Below are positions 1 to 12,922 of a stretch of DNA of 64,000 bases, piece after piece. This DNA is from an uncultured delta proteobacterium (GTDB lineage: Bacteria; Myxococcota; Myxococcia; Myxococcales; Myxococcaceae). Numbering within the stretch: position 1 is the stretch's first letter; the number at the start of each line of letters is the position of its first letter. A model generated the notes under the pieces. It was not told the origin of the DNA. It saw only the letters and a list, made by a program, of their open reading frames with translations, and did not search any database. Made by a program: the position numbers and the translations under genes. The DNA is taken from NCBI GenBank assembly GCA_963771175.1, contig CAVYSY010000040.1, forward strand, positions 1-64,000. Reading direction: 5' to 3'.

Positions 1-1738
1 ACCGTATTCGTGACGACTGGCTCAAGACATGCAGGAGAGCTGAAGCCGAGAGCGTTGGCTTGCGATTTCGGACGCAGGGTCAGCCGATTCCCCGTCCCGG
101 GCCGCAGGTGGCAAGCAGGAGGAGCTGGAGAGGGGACAGCGGAGGACTCGATGGGTGAGCAGGAATTGCCGCCGAGTGGCTACGTGACATGGGCTGTGCT
201 CAGCGAGCCCAGCTTCGTCCACAGCTTCTGCCAGAGGCTGGCCGACTCCCGGGCAATCACCAGCACGACCCTCCTGGCGTGCAACAGCACCCGCGCCGCC
301 ACTTTGAGCACCCGCTCGCGTACGCGGCGCAGCCCCCAGCCCTCGCCCGTGGCCTGCTCCATCAGCACGCGCGCGGCGTGCACCAGGTTGTAGGCCAGGG
401 CGTTGAGCAGCAGGCGCACCTCGTTGTTGGCGAAGGCGTCGATTGACACCGAGCGCTGCACGGGTGGACTCCCCCGGTAGTTGGACTTGGGCCGCCTGGC
501 CGAGGAGAGCGCCGGGGCCAGCACATCCATCAGCTCGCCGAAGTGGCCTTCGGCCGTGCCGCGCTCGCGGTAGTGCGCAAGCAGCTTCTCGGCCGGCATC
601 TGCTCGGCCGTCCAGCTCGTCACCAGCCAGAAGGCGTGCGGGAAGAGCTCGCCCTCCCTCTCCAACAGCACCAGCACCACGCGCCGTGCACGACTCCAGC
701 CCTGCGCCTGGTACTCCCATTCGTACAGGAAGGTGCCCGGCTCCCCCGTCGGCACTCCCGAGTGGAGGAAGCGTGGCAGGGCGGCCTCCTGCTTGAGGAC
801 AGAGGTGTTGCGCACCCGCGCCACGTAGGGCGTGCCTCGCTCCTCCAGCTTCGCCAGCAGCTTCTCCTCGGGAAACCCCGCGTCGAAGCGCACCGCCGCC
901 ACCTCGCATACTTCCTTCTCCACTCGCGTCAGCAGCTCCTCGAGGAATTCCAGCGCTCCATTGGCGCTGTGCACGTTGCCCTCGCGCAGCCTCACGTCCA
1001 GCAGGTCTCCCGTCTCGGCGAGACTGGCGACAATCGGGTGGTACATGCGCACCCCGTAGTGCCCGTTGTACGCGCTGCCCTCCTGATGCCCATGCACCTC
1101 CACCGGCAACCCGTCCACGTCCACCGTCACCTGCTCGAGCCGCTCGCCCCTGGGCCTCGACGCCCTCAGCCTCCGGCCCGTCAGCCACACCAGCGCCTCG
1201 CTGCAGCACCTTCCGGTTGTCCTCCCGCGCCAGCATGGCCGTCAGCCGCGACAAGGTCGGCTGCGAGGCCAGCCCCTCCGGCTCTCCTCCTCCTGCCGCA
1301 GCGGCACGGTGCTCTTCCTGTCCGACACCGCCAGTCTCAGCGCCGCGTCCTCCCTCAGCGCGTCCGCGTCGTCCTGGTCCCTCCACCCCTGCGCCAGCAG
1401 CAGCAGGTGCGTGCGCACCAACTCCCGCAGCGAGTGGGTGATGCGACTCTCGTCGCGCGTGTCCGTCAGCCGCTCGCCCAGCCAACGTGTCAGCCCCAGC
1501 CGCTCGTCCACCTCCCTGAGCAGCACCGCCCCGCTTCCGACGTCAACCGCTCCGCCCTTGCCTCCAGCTTCACGGAACCGTTGAACTTCAGAGAGAAGTC
1601 GGTGAGGATTTCACCCATGACGCGCCTCCGGCCGTTTGGTGGTGGATGTCTGAACAACACCCCTCTACCACTCGGGAGGTCAGGCGCGTCACCCTTCTTT
1701 TCCGGTCACCCTCCAGCCCTTCTGGTGAATAAGGCGGG
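1..1738 (-). mobile_element. IS1380-family insertion sequence (one end probably just outside the window)
   Basis: Contains an IS1380-type transposase. The minus-strand end reads CCCGCCTTATTCACC from 1738. The window start ACCGTATTC matches GCCTTATTC at 7/9 positions, consistent with the other imperfect inverted repeat clipped by about 3 nt. Confidence 0.8.
180..1618 (-). pseudogene. IS1380-family DDE transposase, frameshifted
   Basis: Reads MGEILTDFSLKFNGSVKLEARAERLTSEAG, then LLREVDERLGL, QGWRDQDDAD, LASQPTLSRL, VDVD...HGHQEGSAYNGHY, LREGN, RFDAGF and YRERGTAE. These motifs are split over several frames, with shifts near 1530, 1280 and 1200. Confidence 0.85.
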
Positions 1739-1739
1739 C

Positions 1740-3878
1740 TCAGTAGTTGTATCGGTAGACGTAGATATTCGACACCGCGCCATCGGACTCGTGCCAGGCG
1801 ACCAGCGGCTGGCCGTTCTTGTCGAGCGCCAGTGTCGGTCGGAGGCCTGCGGTGCTGACGCCCGTCTCTGCGCTGAGCGACGAACCTACCGGCAGCCAAT
1901 CGCTGCCATTCCAGCGGCTTACCCAGATAGCGGTCTCGGGAGACGCATAGCCGCTCCAGGCAATGAGGGGATTCCCGTCTTTGTCCATCACCAGGGAGGG
2001 GTTGCTATTCGAGGTCGTGCTGTTGCTGACGGTGCTGCCGATCATCTGCCATGACGATCCATTCCAAAGCGCGGCATGGATGAGGCTGTTTGGGCTGTTC
2101 CATGTCGAGGCCTCCTTCCATGCAATGTACGGGGAGCCGACTCCATTCAATGCAATCGAAGCTTGGTGGGCTATGTACTTTGACGGGCTGGCGACCGAGC
2201 TTCCAATCTTGTCTGACCATGTCCCGTAGGAATCCCTCCTCTGTACGGAGATGCCCCACTGGCCCAAAGATTCCGAGTTTGCTGCGTAGGCGATGAACCA
2301 ATTGCCCGTACTGTCCATCGCCAAATTCGGATTGCTGGGCGAGATCAGATCGCTTGGCCTCGGGGGCGATACGTCGGACCATGTATTGTCGAGGGTGTTC
2401 AGTTTGAAGGTCAGTACCTGAAAGCTGACACCCGTGTAGTAGGTTGCCGCGATCACCAAGGTGCCAGCACTGTCGAAGACGACAGTCGGAGCGTAGCGCT
2501 TTGTGTCGGCGGCGGTTTCCGCCGGGATCTGAGGAAGAGACTCCCAGGTGGAGCCAGTCCACCTCTTCCCATACAGGTTGGTAGGTCCAGATGTGGCATC
2601 CATTTCCTCCCACACCACGATGGGAAGGTTCGCGGCATCAAGGACAAGCGCTGGCATGTCCGCATGGGTGCCTGCCGTCGCGACTGCATTCAAGGCGTTT
2701 CCAAAGGATTCCCAACTCGTGCCATTCCATCGCCGGACGTAGATGTTCTTGGATGTGCCATCGGACTCGGACCAGGCCATCACGGGGTTGCCGTCCTTGC
2801 CCACCTTCATGGTCACGTTTTCGGCGGCAGTGTTTCCGGCTACCGCGCTGATGGCTCCACCGAGCGGCAGCCAGGTGGGAACCGTGAAGGTCCAGGCGGA
2901 CGAAGAGGCCAGGGAGTTGCCGGCCAGGTCCAGCAATGGCGCGGTGCTCGTGCCCAGGGTGATGGTGGCCGTGGCCGGCAAAGTCAGCGGCGCGCTGGGG
3001 GTGATGGTCAGCGTCTTGCCATCCGTTGACAGGGAGAGTGTCTTGGGGACGTTCGACGTGCTCGCCGTGCTCAGGACCACGGATGCATCGGTAACAGAGG
3101 ATGCCTTGAGGGGCTCGTCGAAGCTCACCTGGAGGGTGTCATGCACGGAGACAGTGGTGGCACCAGGGGCCGGAGCCCGCGTCGCCACCTTGGGAGCCGT
3201 GCGGTCGACCGCGAAGATGCGGGTGGGGCTAGTGAAGATGGTGCCGGCGCGCGTGGCCCGAACGGTCAACTGGTGCTCGCCCTCGGTCTCCTGGCTGGTG
3301 TCCCAGGTGTACTGGAAGGAGGGGGCGGACAGGCGCGTCAGGAAGGTCGTGCCCTTGTACAGGTCGACGGTGTCGGCCGTGCCGCCCTCCACCACCACCT
3401 GCATCTGGACGGAGTCCTTCACGTACACCTTGGACTGACTGGGGCTCGCCCAGTTCACGAGGAGGTCGCCCGAACTGGCCACCGTGAGGGACACGGAGGC
3501 GTCCTGGGTGAGGGTGCCCGCGGTTCCGCGCACGGTGAGCGTCTTGGGTCCAGGTGCGGCGCTGGTGCTGACGGAGATGGTCAGCGTGGCGGAGGTGCTG
3601 CCGGCGGCGATCGTGACGGTCGAGGCACTGATGCCAGCCGGAGGATTGATGAGGCTGAGCGTGACGTTGTCGGTGAAGCCATTGATGCGGGTGAGGGAGA
3701 GCTGGATGTTCTGGCTTCCGCCCGGAAGGACGTTGGCCTGGGCCGGGTCGACGGACAGGGTGAAGCCGCCCGTGTCGGGAGTGGTCCCCGCATCGGGTTG
3801 TTCGATGGCGGGGACATTGATGCAGGCAGAGCCGCTCAGAATGCAAAGCGGAAGGAGGGTCTTGAGGAATCGGTGCAT
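1740..3878 (-). CDS. Lipoprotein with Ig-like (Big/SbsA-type) domains and C-terminal propeller-like repeats
   Basis: Start MHRFLKTLLPLCILSGSAC has a lipobox-like Cys. Thr/Ser-rich Ig-like segments (DRTAPKV...VSFDEPL) are followed by repeated 'PxxAWxE...IyVxRWNGxxW' units. Confidence 0.75.
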   Translation of the reverse strand: MHRFLKTLLPLCILSGSACINVPAIEQPDAGTTPDTGGFTLSVDPAQANVLPGGSQNIQLSLTRINGFTDNVTLSLINPPAGISASTVTIAAGSTSATLTISVSTSAAPGPKTLTVRGTAGTLTQDASVSLTVASSGDLLVNWASPSQSKVYVKDSVQMQVVVEGGTADTVDLYKGTTFLTRLSAPSFQYTWDTSQETEGEHQLTVRATRAGTIFTSPTRIFAVDRTAPKVATRAPAPGATTVSVHDTLQVSFDEPLKASSVTDASVVLSTASTSNVPKTLSLSTDGKTLTITPSAPLTLPATATITLGTSTAPLLDLAGNSLASSSAWTFTVPTWLPLGGAISAVAGNTAAENVTMKVGKDGNPVMAWSESDGTSKNIYVRRWNGTSWESFGNALNAVATAGTHADMPALVLDAANLPIVVWEEMDATSGPTNLYGKRWTGSTWESLPQIPAETAADTKRYAPTVVFDSAGTLVIAATYYTGVSFQVLTFKLNTLDNTWSDVSPPRPSDLISPSNPNLAMDSTGNWFIAYAANSESLGQWGISVQRRDSYGTWSDKIGSSVASPSKYIAHQASIALNGVGSPYIAWKEASTWNSPNSLIHAALWNGSSWQMIGSTVSNSTTSNSNPSLVMDKDGNPLIAWSGYASPETAIWVSRWNGSDWLPVGSSLSAETGVSTAGLRPTLALDKNGQPLVAWHESDGAVSNIYVYRYNY

Positions 3879-4157
3879 GGGGTTCTCGCAATGCACGACG
3901 CGCTGATGCAGGGGCGTGCAGCCGGGCTGAAAGCACTCGGCGTGCCAATCAGGCCATACGCGGCTCCAAGACGGCAGCGACTCAAGCACCACGCATCCTG
4001 CCTCCCCTCCGACCGTCCACGGCTTGGACGGCCGTACACTCCATGAGACGGTCATACTCGGCGTATGACCGCATGCCCTGCTCGTGTAGGGCTAGACGTG
4101 AGCGGCACGTCAGGCGCCAGGAGGCATGCACCCTGCAAGCACCCTGAATATGGGGAC

Positions 4158-5186
4158 TCAGAAGAAGCTGAGCTGTGTGCCCGGCTTCATCGGGCGGCGG
4201 AAGGGGCTCTCCTTCTCCTCCGACTCCCACGCGGTGTTCAGCCCCACGCGGCGTGTGGTGGTCTCGAAGAGCTTGCGGATGGTGTCCGCGTAGAGTCCCT
4301 CGCCGCGCATGCGGGTGCGGAAGCGAGGGTCGTTCAGCTCGCCCCCGCGTGTCTCGCGGATGCGGTGCAGCACGCGCTCGGCGCGCAGCGGGAGCTTCTC
4401 GCGCAGGCGCTCCTCGAAGACGGCCTGCACCGGGCCGGGTAGCCGCAGTAGCGTGTAGAAGGCTCGATTGGCCCCGGCCTCGCGCGCCGCGGTGAGGACT
4501 CGCGCGAGGTCCTCGTCGTTCAGCCCGGGGATGACGGGCGCCACCGCCACGCCCACGTTGATGCCCGCCGTGGCCAGCCGCTCGATGGTCTGCAGGCGCC
4601 TCCGGGGCGTGGCCACGTATGGCTCCATGGCGCGCGCCACCTGCTCGTCATGGAAGGGCAGGGTGATGAACACCGACAGCCTCGCCTCCTGCGCGAGCGT
4701 CTGCAGTACGTCCAGGTCCCGCTCGATGAGGGGCCCCTTGGTGATGATGCCCACCGGGTTGCGGTACTCGGCGCACACCTCCAGGCATGCTCGGGTGAGG
4801 CGCAGCGAGGCCTCCAGCGGCTGGTAGCAGTCGGTCACTCCGCTGAAGGCGACCGTCTCGCCCTTCCAGCTCTTGCGCTCGAAGGCCGCGCGCAGCAATT
4901 CCGGGGCGCGGGGCTTCACCACCAGCTTCGTCTCGAAGTCCGTGCCGGCGCCGAAGCCGAGGTACTCGTGGTAGGGCCGCGCGTAGCAGTACGCGCAGGC
5001 ATGCAGGCAGCCCCGGTAGGGATTGACGCTCCAGGAGAAGCCGACGTCCGGGCTGTCGTTGCGCGCCAGCACCTCGCGGCTGTGGTCCTCCAGCACCTCC
5101 AGCTTGGCGGGAGGAATCTCCTCCAGGTACTCCACCGCGGTGGTGTCCCAGGGGTTGAGCGGGTTGGAGACGGGACGGGGCTTCAC
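4158..5186 (-). CDS. Radical SAM protein (PA0069/Rv2578c, SplB-like family)
   Basis: NPYRGCLHACAYCYAR (CxxxCxxC), GTDFE and TDCYQPLE motifs. Confidence 0.9.
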   Translation of the reverse strand: MKPRPVSNPLNPWDTTAVEYLEEIPPAKLEVLEDHSREVLARNDSPDVGFSWSVNPYRGCLHACAYCYARPYHEYLGFGAGTDFETKLVVKPRAPELLRAAFERKSWKGETVAFSGVTDCYQPLEASLRLTRACLEVCAEYRNPVGIITKGPLIERDLDVLQTLAQEARLSVFITLPFHDEQVARAMEPYVATPRRRLQTIERLATAGINVGVAVAPVIPGLNDEDLARVLTAAREAGANRAFYTLLRLPGPVQAVFEERLREKLPLRAERVLHRIRETRGGELNDPRFRTRMRGEGLYADTIRKLFETTTRRVGLNTAWESEEKESPFRRPMKPGTQLSFF

Positions 5187-5256
5187 ACTCCCAGGGTGAA
5201 GCTGAAAGGACGTTCAGTCAAGGTCTGGTTGGCGAGGCGCCTCCCGACCTGGAGAG

Positions 5257-5448
5257 TCAGCCGAGCGAGCGGGGCCCGGGCGGGACGAGCTCGGCGCGCT
5301 GCGCGGAGCTTCCCGTTGGGGTGCTCTGCTGCGTTGCCCCTGAATCAGGGCCGGCGGCCATGGCGTACTGGGCCAGGAGGAGCAGGGCGGCGATGACGAA
5401 GAGAATGGCTGAACGGCTGAGGGGCCGGCGCGCATGAAGAGGATTCAC
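5257..5448 (-). CDS. Possible small secreted protein
   Basis: GTG start, basic N-terminus, hydrophobic core ILFVIAALLLL and an AMA cleavage-like site. No other support. Confidence 0.35.
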   Translation of the reverse strand: MNPLHARRPLSRSAILFVIAALLLLAQYAMAAGPDSGATQQSTPTGSSAQRAELVPPGPRSLG

Positions 5449-5544
5449 GTGCCCTCTGCACAGTTGGCCGCGAGGGAAAATTCCTCCCGAGGCTGGCTGG
5501 CCCCATGGACCGGGGCGGGCTCTGGAAAGGACACGGAAAAACAA

Positions 5545-5583
5545 GAGGCCGGCAGTCCCTCGGGAGGAGGAACTGCCGGCCTC
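5545..5583 (-). terminator. Rho-independent terminator after tRNA-Gly
   Basis: GAGGCCGGCAG...CTGCCGGCCTC stem followed on the minus strand by TTGTTTTTC. Confidence 0.8.
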
Positions 5584-5585
5584 AG

Positions 5586-5658
5586 AGCGGCGGACGGGAT
5601 TCGAACCCGCGACCCCGAGCTTGGGAAGCTCGTGCTCTACCAACTGAGCTACCACCGC
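5586..5658 (-). tRNA. tRNA-Gly (anticodon CCC), CCA not encoded
   Basis: GCGGTGG TA GCTC AGTTGGTA GAGC A CGAGC TT CCC AA GCTCG GGGTC GCGGG TTCGAAT CCCGT CCGCCGC T folds into a complete cloverleaf. Confidence 0.97.
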
Positions 5659-5673
5659 GTCGCAAGCAGGCCC

Positions 5674-5702
5674 AAAGTAGGGATCCGGACCTGGCTTGTC
5701 AA
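5674..5702 (-). promoter_or_regulatory. Sigma70-type promoter of tRNA-Gly
   Basis: TTGACA, 17-nt spacer, TACTTT, about 15 nt upstream of the tRNA. Confidence 0.75.
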
Positions 5703-5721
5703 CGAGAAGTCGCGGGGGGCG

Positions 5722-7659
5722 CTACTCGCCTTCCTCGACGGTGAGTTGGTAGGCGTCCTGGAAGTTGGCCTCGCGGTTGCGGGCGTCGCGGACCTCCAGG
5801 AGGTAGACGCCGGGCTCGGCGCTGTAGCGGATGACCTCGGGCTGCTCTCCCTTGGCGCGATCGGACGTCTGCACGAGTGTCGGCTTTCCGTCCTCGCCCA
5901 GGCGGTGGAGGTAGAGGCCCACGTCCACCTTGAGGATGCCCAGCAGCGTGGCCTTCAGCGGGGTGCGCACGGGCCGGTCCGACAGGTCCAGTCGGTAGAA
6001 GTCCGTGTCCTTCATCGGGTAGACGGTGCCGCGCACCGCGCGCCCCGTCGTCAGCTCCATGGCGCGGTCCGGGACGTTGTTGGGCTCGCGCTCCTCGCTG
6101 CCGTTGTCGGGGACGGTGGTGATGGAGAGGCGGTAGGGCTGGTCCGCGTTCTCGTAGTCGCGCACCCACTTGTTCTCCACCTTGCGCGCGGCGCTCTGCA
6201 CCCGGAAGTAGCAGGTGCCACCGCAGGCCACGTTGTTGAGGCGCTCGGGCTCCTTGATGGTGCCCTCGTTGACGCGCTGGAGCACCGTCTCCTTCTGGCC
6301 GTCGCCCTCGGGGGGCTCGATGACGGACAGCTCCAGGTCCATGCGCTCCACGCCGGACAGCTCCACCTTGACCAGCACCGGCTCGGTCGTCTTCAGGACG
6401 AAGTTGTCGACGTCGCCCTTCGACAGGAAGCCCTCCTTGTAGCCGGACGTCGGCAGGGGCGTGGCCTTGTACAGCTCGTCGTTGGGCTCGAGCTCCGCGT
6501 TCGCTCCGGCCTCCTCCAGGGACACCGTCAGCGAGTAGGACTTCTCCGAGTTGAAGCCGCGCTTCGCCTCCTTGCCCGTCCCCGTCCAGCCGCTCTTCAC
6601 CACCAGGTACACCACGCGATCGCTCGCCCTCACGCCGATGTTGCGCAGCGCGAAGCCCTCACCCTCCTTGCCCTTGGGCGTGGTGAAGAGGGGGGCCTCC
6701 GCCGTCGAGAGCACCGACAGCTCCGGTCGCACGCCCTCGATGCCGGTGAGCTCGATCTTCAGCGCCACCGCGGGAGGCTCCTCCGGCGCGGCCGGCTGCA
6801 GGCCCTGGCCCGGGATGGGCACGGGAATCTGGAACTGTGGCGCGCTCCCGGACGGCTGCTCCTGGGGCTCCATGCCGGACGGGGTGCCCTCGCCAGTGGG
6901 GGCATTCGCCGTCGCCTCGGATGGAGGCGGCATCGCCCCTTCGCCAGGGGCCGTCTCGGAGGAGCCTGGAGGCGGGGTGCCCTCGGGAGCCGGGGCCGAG
7001 CCCGGGGCGGGCTGCTGGGCACCGGACTCGGTGCCCGGAGCCGGCGGCGGGGTGGCAGGGGCGGCCGGCTCGGGCAGCTCCAGCCGGTACCAGTCCTCGT
7101 CACCCGCGTGGCCGAGGAAGCCCATCATCGCCTGGCCGAGCTGCAGCGGAGAGGCATCCACGGCCCGGTCATTGGGCTCGCGCTCCACCCCGTCCTCGGG
7201 CGCGTGGTAGCGCACCTCGAGGGTGTAGGCCCCGCCGGTGCCCTTGCGCGCCGAGGCCACGCGCACCCAGCGCTCGCGCTCGACGTAGAGGTTGGGGAAG
7301 CGCTCCGGCTTGCCATCGCCCGCGCTGTTGACGAGGGCGCTGCGGATGCCGGGGCCGTCGTACACCTCCAGCAGCACGTCCCCGCCGGGGATGCCGGAGA
7401 CGCTGACGTCGGCCACGCTCGGGCCGCCGGGGGCGAGCCGGTACCAGTCCTCGTCGGGCTTGGACGGATCCGCGCCCAGGCTGGCACTCACCGTCGCGTC
7501 CCTGCCGAGGGTGAGCGCCTGCTCGGGCCGCTCGTTGGGCTCCTTCTCGTTGAGCAGCTCGGGCCCGGTGACGACGGGCCCAGCATCCGGCGCCTCGCTC
7601 TCCTTCTTCGGGCAGCCGGCGAGTAGAGCGCACAGGCAGACCCACCCCAGACGTCGCAT
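5722..7659 (-). CDS. Lipoprotein with repeated PPC-like (ExEPN[DEN]...DxDxY/F) modules
   Basis: Lipobox LLAGC. Four units start EKEPNE, EREPND, ELEPND and EREPNN, each followed by DEDWY, DEDWY, DVDNF or DTDFY. A Pro/Ala-rich linker interrupts unit 2. Confidence 0.75.
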   Translation of the reverse strand: MRRLGWVCLCALLAGCPKKESEAPDAGPVVTGPELLNEKEPNERPEQALTLGRDATVSASLGADPSKPDEDWYRLAPGGPSVADVSVSGIPGGDVLLEVYDGPGIRSALVNSAGDGKPERFPNLYVERERWVRVASARKGTGGAYTLEVRYHAPEDGVEREPNDRAVDASPLQLGQAMMGFLGHAGDEDWYRLELPEPAAPATPPPAPGTESGAQQPAPGSAPAPEGTPPPGSSETAPGEGAMPPPSEATANAPTGEGTPSGMEPQEQPSGSAPQFQIPVPIPGQGLQPAAPEEPPAVALKIELTGIEGVRPELSVLSTAEAPLFTTPKGKEGEGFALRNIGVRASDRVVYLVVKSGWTGTGKEAKRGFNSEKSYSLTVSLEEAGANAELEPNDELYKATPLPTSGYKEGFLSKGDVDNFVLKTTEPVLVKVELSGVERMDLELSVIEPPEGDGQKETVLQRVNEGTIKEPERLNNVACGGTCYFRVQSAARKVENKWVRDYENADQPYRLSITTVPDNGSEEREPNNVPDRAMELTTGRAVRGTVYPMKDTDFYRLDLSDRPVRTPLKATLLGILKVDVGLYLHRLGEDGKPTLVQTSDRAKGEQPEVIRYSAEPGVYLLEVRDARNREANFQDAYQLTVEEGE

Positions 7660-7847
7660 TCCGTTCCCTCGTGGCATTCGGGCGCCTACTCAATCCCCTG
7701 GCGCCCGGGTGTCAAGGTTCGCCAACAGACGTGCTGGCGCTTTCATCCCGGGCCGGGGATTGGAGGTGCGGATGGAACGGTGACGTTCCCGGCCCGTCTG
7801 GACGGGCCCGGAGGTTGAGGCGGGCAGGGGACACCCTCGGTGGGGCG

Positions 7848-8237
7848 TCAGACGGCGGCTGACTTCCTCTTCGCGCCGAAGTGGCGGAAGAAGTCGATGA
7901 TCTCCTGCTCGGCGACCTTGGCATCGGTGGCGTCGGCGAACTCCGACTCGAGGAAGATGCCACCGCAGGACTCGCAGGTGTCGTAGTGCAGGGGGTGCTG
8001 GCGATCACCACCATCCACCCGGATGAGATCCACCTGGCACTCGGGGCATTGGCCGGTGAGCGCGTCCGCGTCCACCTTGCCGCCCTGGCTCTCCAGTCCG
8101 GGCAGGTTGTTGTGGAGCAGGATCCGGTTGAGATCCGCGACGTCTATCCACAGCCCGCCGCACTCTCCACACTTGCGCAACGTCTCGTGGTCCCCTTCGA
8201 GATCGGCCATCTCGACGCTGCAACCGGGGCAATTCAT
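7848..8237 (-). CDS. Double zinc-ribbon (zf-TFIIB-like) protein
   Basis: CPGC...CGECGGLW and CPEC...CESCGGIF. Confidence 0.8.
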   Translation of the reverse strand: MNCPGCSVEMADLEGDHETLRKCGECGGLWIDVADLNRILLHNNLPGLESQGGKVDADALTGQCPECQVDLIRVDGGDRQHPLHYDTCESCGGIFLESEFADATDAKVAEQEIIDFFRHFGAKRKSAAV

Positions 8238-8370
8238 GGGGCGGATCATTCTCCTGTAGGGGGGAGCATCGCTCCCGTGGGGGCACCCGGGGGAGGTTGC
8301 CCCCCGGACGTTCAGGGAATGATAGGTCGCATGATTTTTAGGATGCAACCCGACTGCGACATTGTGTTCA

Positions 8371-9676
<1,306 letters not shown>

Positions 9677-9686
9677 CTGTTCCGTC

Positions 9687-10561
9687 TTACCCCTGTGGCC
9701 CGCTGGCCACGGGCTGTGTCCCAAAAGCGAGGCGATCCCGCCGCTCCAGGTCCTTCTCCACCCGCGCGTCCTCGTAACCCGCGGCCTGGAGGAGGGCCTT
9801 GACGGCGCCCCCCTGCGTCTCGCCGATCTCCATTGCAAGCAGCCCGCCAGGCTTGAGGACGCGGCGAGCCCCCTCGATGACCTTGCGGAGGAGCACCAGC
9901 CCGTCCGGTCCGCCGTCCAGCGCCATGTGGGGCTCGCGGCGCACCTCGGCCGACAGGGTGGGGATTTCCTCGGAGGCGATGTAGGGCGGGTTGGAGACCA
10001 CCACGTCGAAGCGCGCGTCCGGGGGCAGGGGAGCGAAGAGGTCGCCGTGCAGCACCGTCACCCGGTCCGCCACGCCCAGGGCCTGGGCGTTCTCCCGCGC
10101 CAGCGCGCAGGCGTCCTGCGAGAGGTCCGTGGCCAGCACCGTGGCCTGCGGCCGCTCGGCCGCGAGGCTGATGGCGATGCAGCCCGAGCCGGTGCACACG
10201 TCCAGCGCGGTGCCGGGGGCGTCCTTGGGCAGCTTGTGCAGGGCGGCCTCGACGAGCAGCTCCGTCTCCGGCCGGGGGATGAGCACCCGCCGGTCCACCT
10301 TGAAGGGGCGGTTGTAGAACTCCCGCACGCCGGTGAGGTACTGGGTGGGCTCGCCCGCCATGCGCCGCTCGATGAGGGCGCGGAAGGCGGCGAGCTCCTC
10401 CTTCTCCATCGGCCGGTCGAGGTCCACGTACAGCCGCACCCGGGTCGTCTTCAGCACGTGGGCGAGCAGCACCTCGGCGGTGAGCCGGGGCGCGTCCACG
10501 CCCTTCTTCTCGAAGTGCTGCGTCGTCCAGGTGAGGATTTTACGGAGGGTCCAGGGCTCGC

Positions 10562-10565
<4 letters not shown>
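9687..10565 (-). CDS. prmC: Release factor glutamine methyltransferase
   Basis: [18 protein letters not shown] and SNPPY motifs; directly downstream of prfA. Confidence 0.95.
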
Positions 10566-11650
<1,085 letters not shown>

Positions 11651-11803
11651 CGGTCTGGGGTCGGGGTTGTGCCCCGTTGTCTGGCCCCTGGCAAGGCCGG
11701 ACGGGGTCGAGAAATTCCATGGACTTCCAGGCCCCGGGCATGAAAAAAGGGGCGCTTCGCTGCCGCCAGTGCGGCCCACTTCCGCTTATACGGAGTACCG
11801 AAG

Positions 11804-11908
11804 ATGCCTGCCCAGAAGGGAAACCGCAGCAAGAAGAAGCTGTCCAATCGCGCTTCGACCAAGAAGGCGGCTCTCAAGCGTCGCCGCGCTCGCGAGCGTC
11901 GCAAGTAG
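11804..11908 (+). CDS. 34-aa highly basic peptide MPAQKGNRSKKKLSNRASTKKAALKRRRARERRK (not in ORF track)
   Basis: GGAG Shine-Dalgarno upstream of the ATG, TAG stop, and GCT/CGT codons like those of highly expressed genes. Confidence 0.65.
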   Translation: MPAQKGNRSKKKLSNRASTKKAALKRRRARERRK

Positions 11909-12089
11909 TTCTCCGCCAGCCTCCTCCTCTGGTCACCGGGGGAGGGGGCGAGCACCCCTTTCCTGTGCCGGAGTCCCTTGGGGCGGCCTGTCGGAACAGC
12001 CTGAGGGAGGACCCGCCGAGCCCTCGCCCGTCGGGATGTCTTTACGTTGCGCCGCCGAAGTGCCGGCGCCTACATTGCTCCGCGAATTC

Positions 12090-12906
12090 ATGGCCCGGGA
12101 AAAGGACAACATCGTAGCCTCCGACGAGCACAACTCGCGCGGCATCGAGCTCGCCGACCGCGGGTGGTTGGACGAGGCGATCAAGGAGTTCAAGAAGGCG
12201 ATCGATCTCGATCCCGACTCCGCCCACGCGCACGACAACCTCGCCACCGTCTACGCCGAGAAGAAGCTCTTCCGCGAGGCGCTGGGCGAGTACCTCACCG
12301 CGCTCAAGCTGGAGCCGGAGAGCCCCACCGCGCACTACAACCTCGCCTGCTTCCTCTCCACGCACGCGGCCGAGATGGCCGTGACGGAGTACCGCGAGGC
12401 CATCGAGCTGGATCCCGAGTACCCCGACGCGCACCTCAACCTGGGCCTCACCTACGCCGACCAGGGTCGCATCGAGGAGGCCCTGCGCGAGTTCCAGACG
12501 GCCATCGAGCTGGAGCCCGCAGGATCCCTTCCCCCGGCATGAGCTCGCCGCGCTGCTGATGGACGAGGGGGACTACCGCTCGGCCATCAACCAGCTCAAG
12601 GAAGTGGTGCGCCTGGAGCCGGAGAACTTCGAGGCCCACCTGGACCTGGGCATCTGCTACGCGCAGAAGGGCTTCTACGCCGAGGCCGAGCGCTCGTACG
12701 AGAAGGCGCGCGCCCTCAACGCCGAGGACCTGCTGCTCAACTACAACCTGGCCGCCCTCTACGCGCTCTGGGGCCGCCGGCCGGACGCGGTGTCCTACCT
12801 CCAGAAGGCCGTGGCGGCGGATCGCCAGAAAGTTCAGGGCTGGTTGGCCTCGGATACGATGTTCGACTCGTTGAAGGGCGACCCCGAGTTCGAGGCGCTC
12901 TTCTGA
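12090..12906 (+). CDS. Tetratricopeptide-repeat protein (indel near 12517)
   Basis: Successive TPRs (AHDNLA, AHYNLA, AHLNLG, AHLDLG) ending ...DPEFEALF. Confidence 0.85.
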
Positions 12907-12922
12907 GCCTCTGAGCTCTCTT

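Noticed and set aside
11804..11908. rpmE or rpmH next to prfA
   Set aside because: The peptide lacks the L31 (MKxxIHP) and L34 (MKRTxQP) signatures.
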